Shown here one piece after another: positions 49,201 through 62,300 of a stretch of DNA of 64,000 nucleotides (position 1 is the stretch's first letter; each line of letters starts with the position of its first letter). The notes beneath the pieces were generated by a model that ran no database searches, was not told the origin of the DNA, and saw nothing but the letters and a program-made list of their open reading frames with translations. This DNA comes from Octopus vulgaris. Lineage: Eukaryota. The DNA lies in assembly GCA_951406725.2 (NCBI GenBank), contig OX597816.1:129952001-130016000 (forward strand), given 5' to 3'. The position numbers and the translations under genes were made by a program.

Positions 49201-52200
49201 CTACACCTGTCTTCGTTTTTTGTTTACTGTAAATTTGAACTCTATATATATATATCAAGTTGGTGCAAGGGTAATGACCGATTTTAAGGTCTCTATTAAA
49301 ATGAAAAGGTGCATGAATAAGACAATATTTATTCATTAACATAATTTCTATCGCTTTCTAGAACTTCATTCCATCTGTCAACAAGCTTATAAATGCCACG
49401 CTTGTAAAATTGTTTAGGTTTACATACGAAATATGAATCCAACTCATTTTCATCCTCTTCTCTTGATGTCAACTTTAGACCATTCAAATGGTTCTGTAGT
49501 CCCTGAAACAAGTGATAATCAGAAGGAGCAATGTCTGGAGAATATGGAAGATGAAAATATTTCCTAACCAAGCTCTTCCAAGAGATCTTAGGTCAGTTGA
49601 GCTGTGTGAGGACGAGCATTATCATGGTGGAAGATGACACCTTTTATGTTGACTATGCAGGGTCACTTTCTGTTCAAAGCAGCTTTCAAATGATAAAGTT
49701 GATCACAGTAAAGATTAGCAGTTATTCTTTGATTGTTGTCTAACAGTTCATAATGGACAATTCCTTCAATATCCCACCATACACTCAACATGATCTTCCT
49801 TGGATGAAATCCTCTTGGTTGTTGAACAGGTCTTCCTCGACTGATCGACGATCAGCTAACATTAGAGTAAAATACCCACTTCTCATCACCTGTAACAAGC
49901 TTTCATAAAAAGTTCCTTAAGGTGTCATAAAAGCAATGACTGACAACAAACAACACGCTGTTGCAGATTCTCTGGAGATAGCTCGTGCACGACTCATTTT
50001 CCAGCCACTGAAACCTTTCCGATCCTTTTCAGTTGGTGTAGAACAGTTGTTTGGGCTATGTTAAACTGTTCTGCAATTTCTCTACAAGTAGCAGCTGGAT
50101 TTTCTGTGACAACATTTTTCAACTTTTCAGAATCAAATTGTTTTTAATTATCTTCTTTTGGTTCGTCTTTCAAACTCAAATCCCCCTCTTCTGAAGCAAA
50201 AAAAAACACCTCCTGCAACTTCTTTCACTCATTACATCATCCCCATAAACTCTCTGAAGAAACTTTGCTGCTGTGCTTGCATTGACACCTTTATGAAACT
50301 CATGTTTAATGTGATCTTTAGATGGGTCAAACATGGGTGCAAATATAGCAGAAGATTGTGGCAATTACAATTAGAATCTGAAAGAAAAATCTATAAATTG
50401 CTCAATGTAACATTCTGAAAATATTGCAAGAGGCACTATTTAAAAAAATAATATTAAAAACTATTTTCTGACAAATCGGCCATTACCTTTGCACCAACCT
50501 GATATATATATAAAAGATAGTGGTACAACAATGCACCAATATTTACTGGAAATAGCAGTCAATGATATATCTAGAGAGAGAGAGAGAGAGAAAATTAATG
50601 TAGTTGTTGGTTATGGTTGATCAGGCCATAACAAGAAGTGTGGTGGAATAGTAGGAAGGTTAACAGAGAAAGTTGTGTTGGTATGTGGAAGATGTGCAAG
50701 AGCCATAAAGACTACAGATTGAGAATTAAATGCATTGTCTTCATTACAGTATTTAAATATTTTATATTCTTGTTGTAATTGTAGCAAAAAAGAAAGCTAG
50801 GGTTTTTTTTTTTTTCTTTTTTCAATTTTATAAATAATATCTGAGTCATTTTGATGTAGATCTAGTTCTGGGTGGCAAGACTTCCTTTTATACCCCATCC
50901 CCCAAAACACCCCTTTTTTTATTTATTTTTTTTCTACACAAACCCCCGTTTTCGGCTATGGAGAATACAAATCTGCAAAAAAAAATTGGCAAAAATCGAC
51001 ATTTCGAAATTACACCCCACCTATCCACCACCACCACCCCTAAATTCTTTATTTTTAACTTTTTTCAGATTTTTTTTTTTTTTTTTTCAAATTTGTGGAA
51101 AAATACAGAGATTATGATTCTGAAAAAGTTTTCTCATCATCATTGTTCGACTGTGATCAAGACAATGGAATTTACTATGTTACGCCAGACTTCACGGCCC
51201 ATCATAGCATTACGGAGGTCCTGTTGCTGGATGCCTGTATCCCTGGAGATTACATCAGGGTAGGAGAGTGTGCATCCTCTGGTATCACGAGCAGATGGCT
51301 TCCAGAGGAGAAGAGTAGAAATTACCTCGTTTTCAGCTCTACAACAATGTCCAGCAAACTGGACTCTTCTACCTTTTACAAGAGATGATACAGGTGGTAG
51401 TTTCCCATATATTTGTACTTTGGTTGGATGATGCTTCCACGAGAGATTTCTACTTAAGGTTAGGGTTAGGGTTATAGAAAAAAGTGGAAAATGAAGAAAT
51501 GGGGGGGGGTTCAAAATTCTGATTTTTGGCAATTTTCTGGAATTTTCGTATCTGAAAACGGTTTTTGGCAAAAAAAAATGGTGGAGAGACGGGAGGAAGA
51601 CTTTCCACATGTAGTCCCAGGTTAGACCTGATTGAAGACATTGCACTCATCTATTATCTTTTACTTGTTTCTGTCATTAGACTGTGGCCATGCTGGGGGC
51701 ACCACCTTGAAGAATTTTTAGGCAAATGAAGTGATCCCAGTATCCTTTCTTTAAAGCCTGGTACTTATTCTATCGGCCTCTTTTGCCTAACTGATAAGTT
51801 ACGGGGATATAAACACACCAACACCTGTTGTCATATGATAGGCCGCTTTCAGTTTTCATCTACCAAATCTATACAGTAGGCTTTGGTCGTCCCGGGGCTA
51901 TAATAGAAGACACTTACCCTAGGTGCCATGCAATGGAACTGAACCTGGAACTATGTGGTTACGAAGCAAGCTTCTTACTACACAGCTGGTCTTTTTTTTT
52001 TTTTAGAGGGCAATTTAGCTGCTTTTTGTAGCAGGTTTGGAGACATGACATGTCAGTCAGTAAAAAATTAAAAAAACACTTGTTGCTGAACATTTGGCAA
52101 GTAACATACCCTCTTAGTTATCGTATTTCTGCTGTGAACTGCCAATCACCAGCATGGAGAATGAATTTGCTGGTTGGGCTACGATAATCCTTCATACTGC

Positions 52201-55200
52201 CCCACCACTAAGTGATTGTAAGTTTGTTTTTATTTTTTATTTCTTCCCTCACCCTGGTTTGGACTGAAGGAAGGAGTTTTTATCATGTCCCGAAAGCGCA
52301 GTGGAATCGACTCACTCAGTGGTCTTCTTGAATAACTTGTCAGTTGTAACAAAAACATGAACCGAGAAAGAATTCCAGACAATTGATGTTCAGAAGGGAG
52401 GATGGAGCATAGTACACAAACTCAGTGGGGAGGAACATAATATGGGTGACGAGAAAAGAGACATGTGAACCAAAAATGCCTGGGTAGAGGTAGCATTAAG
52501 TGCAGCAGTCACTATAGTGTTAGAAAAGGCAAAGGACGTCTATAGGTCAGAGGCTGATGTTGTCTGGCTACTTGATAACAATCAGTCTGGCCATCTTTTT
52601 TGGATGCAGTCTAGGATGTCTGGATGTAAAGCAGCAGGACCATCCTAGATATGGATGCAGTATTCTATTGCTGTTCTCACTGTGCTCCATACAGTGTTTG
52701 TAGTTGCTAAGAGCTGATATTTCCTGGTCCTAAACAGGAAGTCTTGTCTTGGTTATGTTGAGTGTGTGTATGTTTGTCAGTAAAGATCTTCAGTGAAAGT
52801 AAGGCCTAGCATGTTCTTGTTGCATGTTGTTCATGTATGGAGTTGATGGGATACTATATTATTTTCATGACATGTGTAGTGATTGTATCTTTGTGCATTT
52901 GAAAGAGACACGTCTAACATAACACTGTTGGAAGAGAGCTATCTGTACAAATTGATCTGGTTGGTCTACTGAATAAGCCAATTGCAATTATTATCCTATT
53001 TGAAAAACTTGATCTCATTCATTATCTATTGTCTTTGTGTTGTGTTTGTTCAATTTGTTATTAATTTGAATCACTGCCAGGTCACCAGTCCAACTCAGTG
53101 GAAAATAAAGAATGCAACAATGAAGAGAAACAAACTAAAACAACAAATGGTGCAGCGACAAAAAGGAAAGCCACACACTCATCTGCAGATGAAGTGTCTG
53201 CAACTGCAGCTAAACAAAGACAATCAAGTATGTCATTGTAATAATAATAATAATAATAATTTATTAGATAGGTGCAATGCTACAAATTTAGCAGGAGGCA
53301 TACTGTTAACTGATTAAGTTTGATTCCAATATTTTACTGATATTTTATTTAAAAATTAAAGATTAGAAAGCAAAGTTGATCTTGGTTGGATTTGAACTCT
53401 CAACATAAAGGATCTTAACTAGATACTATAAGGCATTTTGAACAGCATTCTACTGATTCTGTCACTTTGTAATTAATGATATTGCCCAATATTACTGTAT
53501 TTCAATGTATATTATATATACTCTAAGCTACTTAACAATGCTGCATTCTCAGAGATCATGTATTTTAATTTTATGTTCATTTTGAACAGCCTAACTCTTA
53601 CCTTTCATTCTTTTAACTCATTTTTGCAATTCCTTACCCAGTTAATATGTCCTGTACATTAGTATTCTCATAAATGGACTATGTGAGTACTATGAAAGTA
53701 ACAGACTATTGACTCATAGAAATTGAGAATTCAAATCCACTACTAATATTTCAATAAACAGCACATGTCATTCTGCTGGTTTCAATAATCCTAGTTTTTA
53801 GTAATAGTTATAAAATTACCTGAACATATTCTTACAATAGACTGGCATGCTACTTAAAGTAAGATTTATCCTTTCATGCACTCTTTATTGAAGAAACACG
53901 ATTGAACTTAAAAGATGCCCTGGAAATATGTATATTTTAAAATACCCTCCTGCCTCCTTCTGGCTATTCCCTACTAAAAACCTCATAATTCTTCTTTGTC
54001 TTCTGTTGATATTTTCCAGTTTTAATATTCTTCAGTTTAGATTTGCTAAAAATTTATTGTTTTCAATAATTTCCTGAAAATCATATATATAGTCAATATA
54101 ACCTAACAAATACATGTTCTTTAAAATTTCAGCTTTTAAGAAAACTTGCTGTCTTTTGAAGTTAAAGATTGTAAACTATATACTAATTATAGTGTTTACT
54201 ACTGGATTACCTGAGAGTTAGGAAATGCTATTTCACTCTCCTATTAAAATTATATCACTCTTATTCTCTAGTTGCATTGCTAACATTCCAGATTCCTTCT
54301 AAGTCTAACACGTAAGGGATTTTTCTTGCAGTGAACATCAGCTTAGATTGAGTGTCTTCTGTTATAGCCTTGTGTTGACCAAGGCTTGATGAGTGAAATT
54401 TAGTAAACAGAAATTGTCAAATACAGGAAGTCTTCCTGTATTTGGGTAGAAAAAGAGGAACACTCTCTTAGTACTACCTTCTGTGGTTCTTCTATGCCTC
54501 TATCAGAGTACACTCTGTTGCAGATATTTAGACTATATGTCTGAGCATATACTTTTCCCACCAGTCTTGGTGGCATTGAAAAGGCATGTGAGCACTACCA
54601 TTGCTCCTCTGACTAAACAATTAGAATTCTTATTAGGTGTCTCTCAACTCCTTCTCTGCTTTGTAGCCCCAGATCAATTTTGATTAAACAAACTGCTTAA
54701 CTACCTTCTTTACAGGAATAAGTACTAGGAAAAGTAAATAATATATTAGTTACAGTTGGTCATCCATTCCATCCATCCATCTGTTTTATTTATCACTTTT
54801 CATCTTTGTCATTTCAGTTAATTATTATTTAAAAGGTTATGTAAGAGAAATGAAAGGAGAAAGAGATGAAATGCAAGATGCACATATTGTACTTGACGGT
54901 TTTGCTACTGAGTTTGATGATCTACATCCATCTGTGTAAGTTTAATTCTCTCTTCTTAAAATTATTGAAATATACATGTAAAATAATTGGATAGCAGATG
55001 ATACAACCAAAATATTTTCTGAACATTACATCTTTATATTTGATATATAAACATATTTAACTACTGTAATCTGTCTTTTAGTCAAATAGGATTTACATAA
55101 ATATCAATGCAAATAATCCAAATATTCTATAACATCTAAGAAAAGAAATTCAAAATGTGGAAAAAACACCTGAATTAGAGGATCTTAAAATTAACTCAGC

Positions 55201-55593
55201 AAACACCAAGGTTCTAGTAAGCAAGAAATAAGACAAGACTCTACCTCCTTCAGGTAACTGGCCCTGCTCAATATGTAAGAAAGGTGTAGGTGGAAATTTC
55301 ATTTGGTGTACCCAGTGCAAGCTATGGACACACAAGAGGTGCAGTGGAATAGTAGGAAGGTTAACAGAGAGAGTCATGTTTGTGTGTGGAAGATATACAA
55401 GAATCATAGACTACAGATACATGGGAAACTGATTTCTTCAAATGTCCCAGAGGCTCTCTGAAAGTAACAGATAATTTCTGCTACCTAGGTGGCCTAATTA
55501 ATAGAGGATGAGATGTACCAAAAATGTAATTGCTAGAATAAGAATAGGATGGAGAAAGTTCAGAGAGCTTTTTATTTCTGTTGGCAAACAAAG

Positions 55594-55664
<71 letters not shown>

Positions 55665-56115
55665 AGTGAAAGGAAGGGTGTATGATGCATGTATATGAAT
55701 AGCAATGCTACTTGGTAGTGAGATGTGGGCGTGAATGCAGAGGACATGTGAAAACTAGAGTGGAATGAAGCTGGTATGCTCCACTGGATGTGCAATGTCG
55801 GTGTACATATGTGATAGAGTGCAATCGTATGGAGATTGTTTTGATTTCATCATGTAATGTGTATGGATGATGACAGTTGCATAAAGAAGTGCTTATCACA
55901 TAAAGTAGTTGGATGTTGTGGAAGAGGGAGACCCAGTAAGATATGATGAAATATAGAGGGCCATTCTCAAAATCCTATGTCTTACAAAAGAGGTGACAAA
56001 GAACTGAGATATATGACACATTGCTGTTCTCAGAAGACCCACCCACCCACATAAAAAGCACTGGCGATGATGCCATGCAAAAAGCACTGGTGCTGGTGCC
56101 ACATAAAAAGCACTG

Positions 56116-56209
<94 letters not shown>

Positions 56210-56259
56210 TCACACACACACACACACATTATATATATATATACTCTCTCACACACACA

Positions 56260-56305
<46 letters not shown>

Positions 56306-59300
56306 CATACACACACACACAACAGACCTCTTTCAGTTTCCGTCAACCAAATCCACTCATAAAACTTTGGTCAGCCCAAGGCTATAAAAGAAAACACTTG
56401 TCCAGAATGTTTCAGTGGGAGTGAACTTAGACCATACAGTCAAGATGCCTGCACCTAGCCAATGATCTTGAGAAATGGCAACTGGATCTACTCAACCTTA
56501 AAATACTAAATTTCTAGTTTTTGAAAAGCATCATAAAAACATATAAATAATGATTTAATGGTTGGTGGATTGGTAGAATTGTGGACAAAATATCTTGCTA
56601 TCTTTAGTTATGACTCTTTATTTCTAAGTTCAAATTCACAAAGATCATCTTTGTCTTTCACCTCACTGACCTTGATAAAATAAGTACCAGTTAAATACTG
56701 ATATGAATATAATCAACTTCTGCTTAATTTCAGACGTTTTGACTCTTTGAGAAATCAATGTTACCTTATTTTTTATCTGTCACTTGTTTCAGGCATTTGA
56801 CTGCAGTCATCCTAGGACAGCACCTTGAAGGGTTTTAGTCAAACAAATTGACCCCACAACTTATTTTTTTAAGCCTGGTACTTATCCGATCAGTCTCTTT
56901 TGCTGAACTGCTAAGTTTCAGGGATGTAAACATACCAACACCAGTTATGGGGAGACAAACACAGACACAAAGACACACACATATAGATATATATATACAC
57001 ACAATGAGCTTTTTTCAGTTTCCATCCGCCAAATCCACTCACAAGGCTTGTTGTGGAAGGATCTTGACCACCCACCACATGACTGAAAGTGGACTAATGT
57101 ATTTCAATAAATTAAAGAAACTGTGTGAACTGTCAGCAGTTGACAGCATTGATCGTCCGTGTTGGATTACTGTGTTAGTTTAATATTGTAACTGTGTTTG
57201 GAGTAGTACGAAATGCGTTCTGTGTAAACATATTAATTCATATTCAAATATTTATTTAGGTAATACTATTCTTACACACATGTTCAACCACGTCGTAACA
57301 AGGCTATAGTAGAATACATTGGCCCAAGGTGCCACACAGTGGGACTGAACCAGAAACCATGTGGTTGAGAAACAAGCTTAACTTTTAAGAATTTAATTCT
57401 GTGTCCACCTGGGGAAAGAAAATCTAGAATTTAGATAAAATCTTCCTCATAAGTAAAATATATTTACTTTTATAAATAATTTTATCTCTTGCCTTTGTAT
57501 ATTTACAGTTCATTTTTTTTTTTTTTAATCTTTTTCTTTTAGTTGCAGACTGGCAGTGTATGGTGTGTTTGATGGCCATGGTGGATCCCGAGCCGCATGC
57601 TTTGCCTCCAAACACTTATACAAGAATCTGAGAACAGTTTTTCCCAAGGGTAATATACTGCCCATCAGGCTGCTGCAAACCACTGCTACTTTGGAACAAA
57701 ACAATCTTTCAATCTTTTCCCATTTTCATGTCCAGCTTTTATTTAAAAATAACTTTTTTAAAAAATATAAAAAAATGAAACGTTTAAAAAAAAATGTTAG
57801 CTTTATAATTATTTTATTGTTCATTATCCATGATTGGGAAGAAACTTGTCAAATAGCAAGATCTTCTGATACTTCGGGTTGTTGAGTTCAACATTTTGGT
57901 AATGTAATTATTCGGAATATTATTTCCAATTTATTAAATTCTCTCTGTTTAACATACCATTCTAGTTTGCCAACATTAATGCTACATTCATCTTTTATTA
58001 ATAGCTTTAGTCTAATAGAAGTGATGATATCACCTGGAGATCTATTTGTTCTTTAACTATATCCTGAAAATGAAACCTCTACATGGTATTTATCTTGTAC
58101 AGCTGCAATAAACATACAATTTTCTCATATTTCTTAAGCATGTGACTATTATTTAACATTTGGTTAGTATTTTCTCCAAAAATTAAGTCCATCTAAATAT
58201 TTAAAATAAACATTTATATTTATTGTACTTGATGTGCGTTACAAAAATACATACCCTTTATTGTTGCATCATGTATTTATTGCTGATGCGATATATTTTC
58301 AGGTGACATTAAACAAGTGGAAAAGGAAATTAAAAGATCTTTTATTGAAGCCTACAAACAGACAGACAGAGATTATCTGACAGTTGCTGCTAAAAAGTAA
58401 TTTATTTCCATTACTTAATGATATTCTTTAGTTCTCCTTTGTGTTTAGATGTTTGAAATATAACAGTTTTGTAAATTCTTTTGGTGAATTGTCTTAGAAA
58501 GTAATTCTCTGGAAGTTTCTTCCTCAGGCTTGATTTGCATGATGACTAGTCTAAGAGTTTCTCATTACAATTTTTTCATCATCATTTACCATCCATTTTC
58601 CATGCTGGCATAAGTTGGATGGTTTGACAGGAGCTGGCAAACCAGACGACTGCATCAATCTCTACTGTCTGTCCTGGTATTGTTTTTACAGCTGGATTCC
58701 TTTCCAAACATCAACTACTTTACAGAATGGGCTGGGTGTTTTCCATGTGACAAGATCTATTTTGGTATGGTTTTTATGGCTAGATGCCCTCCCTAATGCC
58801 AAACACTTTTCAGAGTGGACTGTTTCAATATGTTATTTGGTGTTCATTGGTTTTTTTTTTTAATTTTACTGTATTTTTTAGATTGTAATTCTTATAAATG
58901 CACCAAGTAATATAGTGCATTTTAAGTGGGGTGGGGTTCCTTTTAGTTTATGCAACTTTTCACAACAAATATAATACTGCAGAAGTTTCTGTTCAATTTC
59001 TTATTCATATGTGTAAAATCAGGAATATACAGGGTGTCCATAAATTATCTTTATCACTTCCACAATTTAGTGTGACATTGGTTGCTTGCAACCAAGAGCC
59101 CACATGGAAGAGTTCTAGTATTTCTAATAAAACTTTTGTTTGCCTGTTTCTCAATGTGAAGGTGCATGGCTCAGTGGTTAGTGTTGGGTTCACAATCATG
59201 AGGTAGTGAGTTTGATTCCCAAACCAGATTGTGTGTTGTGTTCTTGAACAAGACAGTTTACTTCACATTGCTCCAGTTCACTCAGCTGTAGAAATGAGTT

Positions 59301-62300
59301 GTGATGTCACTGGTGCCAAGCTAGATTGGCTTTACCAATATATTTGGATAACATCACTGGCATGGAGAGGGGAGGTTGGTATGCATGGACAACTGCTGGT
59401 TTTCTATAAACAGTCTTGCCCAGACTTGTGCCTAGGAAAGGAATTTTCTAGGTACAATCCATTCATGACTGAAGGGGGGTCTTTACCCTATGTTTTCCAA
59501 TAAACTCTGCTGAGTTATCCTTATTTTACTTTTTCCTTCTGAATCTTTCAAATGATAAAGGTAATTTATGGATACCCTGTATATTTTGTGGTTTTCCTTC
59601 TAAAATCAAGCTTAATTTTTTTTATTTATATTCTTGTTTATTTTGTATTCTCTAGTAAACCAGCATGGAAAGATGGCTCCACTGCAACAGTTGTATTAGC
59701 AATAAATGATACCTTGTACATATCCAACTTAGGAGACAGCAAGGTAAATTATTTTCAAACTCTCATCATCCTTTCATTTACATGACATTATTTTCAACCT
59801 CAGAAAATAGTTTTATTATAATTGAGGAAAATTAACCATTGTTAATTTAATTACAACAAAATGTTAAGTAAATTTATTTTGCTTTTACATTATACAATAC
59901 AATGTTGAATTCATTTTCTTTTACTTAATATTCTTGTGGGCCCTTTAAAAATATCATGAACTTGTATTTATATCTTACTTTCAGGCAATATTATGTCGAT
60001 ACAAAGAAAATACTCAACAGTATGTAGCAGTACCACTAACTACTGAACACCACCCTACTGTTTATGAAGAAAGAATGCGAATTCAAAAGGCTGGAGGCCA
60101 TGTTAAGTAATATATCAGATTTAATCTGAAATATTTATTGGCAAACCCTCTTTTTATTACTTTTTTATTTTGTTAATGTTTCTTTTTATACTTTAAAGAG
60201 ATGGTCGTGTGATGGGTACTCTAGAGATCTCTCGCTCCCTAGGAGATGGACAATATAAGAATCATGGTGTCATCTGTGTACCTGATGTTAGGAAATGCCA
60301 GCTAACTGACAATGATCGGTAAAAATACTCCATTTTCTTTTCTAAATTGCATTGAAAAATATTAAATAGGAGAGATAATTAGAATTATATATTAGTAAGT
60401 ATTTTATAACTAATACAGTTCTATATTTGGGAGATGAGGAATTATTTACATTTGACGGATATTTGTCCTCATCTTGTTTGTTGTGAACATGTTTCAGCTG
60501 ATATACTCTCCAGCCTTCATTAGGTGTCTTGGAGGTATTTCAAACCTGGGTTCTTGTTCCTCAGGTATTTTTTGATGTTATTCTTTTCTACTCTAGGCAC
60601 AAGGCCTGAATTTTTTTTTGGGGGGGGCAATCAATTAGATAGACTCCAGTATGCAACTGGTACTTAATTTATCGACCCTGAAAGGATGAAAGATAATGTT
60701 CACCTTGGCAGAGATTGAACTCAGAACATAAAGACAGACGAAACACTGGTAAGCATTTCGCCCAGCGTGCTAACATTTCAGCCAGCTCACCGCCTTTCAC
60801 TCTCTGAAATCAAGCTCAATTCCAGGCAGTGACCTGAATAATAATGACGACGACGATGATGATGATGATGTCATCGTTGTCATCGAAAAATACCTTAGGA
60901 ATGAGAACCAAGATTCAAAATTTCCCCAAGACACCTGACGAAGGCTGGAGAGTATATCAGCTGAAACATGTTAACAACAAACAAAATGAGGACAAATATC
61001 CGTCAAATGTAAATAATGTATTTTATAACTGTATATTTTTTTGGTTATTTTGTACAAGGTCACTTGACTGAAATAAATTAAATTGCCTAATGATATAATA
61101 AAATTATACATAGAAGAATTAGCAGCCAGAACTCCTATAAATTTTAAGACATACACATTGAATAACGTAGTCCTAGATACACTTTGTGTGAAAAAAATAT
61201 TAAGAACAGGCTTGTAAGGTTGAAACACTAATAGTTCAGTTCAATCAGGGCTGACCTGAGATTAAACATCAATAAATATATATATATGTTATTTTGGTTT
61301 ATAAAGATTTAAATTCAACCATTTGCTAATTTTTTTTCCATTTCATCTTCAACGTTAATGAGAAAATCGGTTTTACTTTTAGCAGAAGCAAGATATTACT
61401 AATTTCAATATCTTATCAGGGGAAAAAAAAATCCAAAACAACATGGAATAATACTGGACACTTGCTGTTAAACTTAATGGAATGAATCTGTTAAAAGTAT
61501 ACATCAAGATTTTATTTCAATATATAGTTAGTAGTCATTTTATGAAAAACACTGACCTGTTTATAAAATAATGAATCATATAAGAATGCAGTGAAATTCA
61601 GAAATTTATAATGCTGTAAGGGGGAGAGACTAATGTTTCGAGACACTTTTTGTCTGAGAAAAAACATTTTTTTTTCTTCTTAGTCTATCCAAAAACTTAA
61701 GATTTACTCTTAATTTCAATTTAAAGATAGATATCAAAGAATAGAAATTTAAACTTTATTCCAAGTTCATCTAAATATTCCTTAAACAGAGAGATATTGA
61801 ATGGGTTTACTAACTTACCTTTATTTAATCATTCTTTTTTCTGACTTAGCTATTTCATCACTTCAGACACTCTTAAAGAAATTACATTTCTATGTCACAT
61901 ATCTTGTTTTATCATTTATATGAATCCACTTCAAAAAAATTCATTACCCAGAATATCCATAATGACTTTAAATCTCTTGTCTTACAGATTTTTTATCATT
62001 GCTTGTGATGGACTTTGGAAATCTTTAACTCCTGAAGAATGTATCCAGTTTGTTTGCAATGTTTTAGAGGTAAATTTCAGGCTATTCCATTTCTATGAAA
62101 CTAGTTTATATTTCTTTTACCTCAATATTTTGTTAAATGAATCTCTGAAAACTGAGATCTGTAACCCAAATCTAACACTTAGGCACGATTTTCCTTGCCT
62201 CACAGATCACACTTCAGGAAAGACATTTATATACTTGAATAAATATAGTTACATCCATATCCTTGACAAACAAATATTTAGTCTTGGAAAGAAGATCTAA

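Noticed and set aside
51458-51473. (TTAGGG)n as interstitial telomere or chromosome-fusion site
   Set aside because: Only about 2.5 units, embedded in a repeat element.
52153-52217. Possible cassette exon in ILKAP intron 1 (CAG...GTAAGT)
   Set aside because: 65 nt (frameshifting), weak pyrimidine tract, no ILKAP similarity; unsupported without RNA data.
52261-52305. CTGAAGG...GAAAGCGC hammerhead look-alike
   Set aside because: Core position 9 is G, there is no UH cleavage site, and it is better explained as the end of a minus-strand LINE fragment.
54418-54444. Perfect 13-bp inverted repeat with 1-nt spacer
   Set aside because: Too short to assign; lies at a SINE truncation junction and is probably a repair scar.
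55896-56424. Overlapping ORFs rich in YI/CV/HT/LS (also near 2166-2689, 4532-5204, 5830-6074, 8597-8958, 10241-10632)
   Set aside because: Translations of microsatellites.
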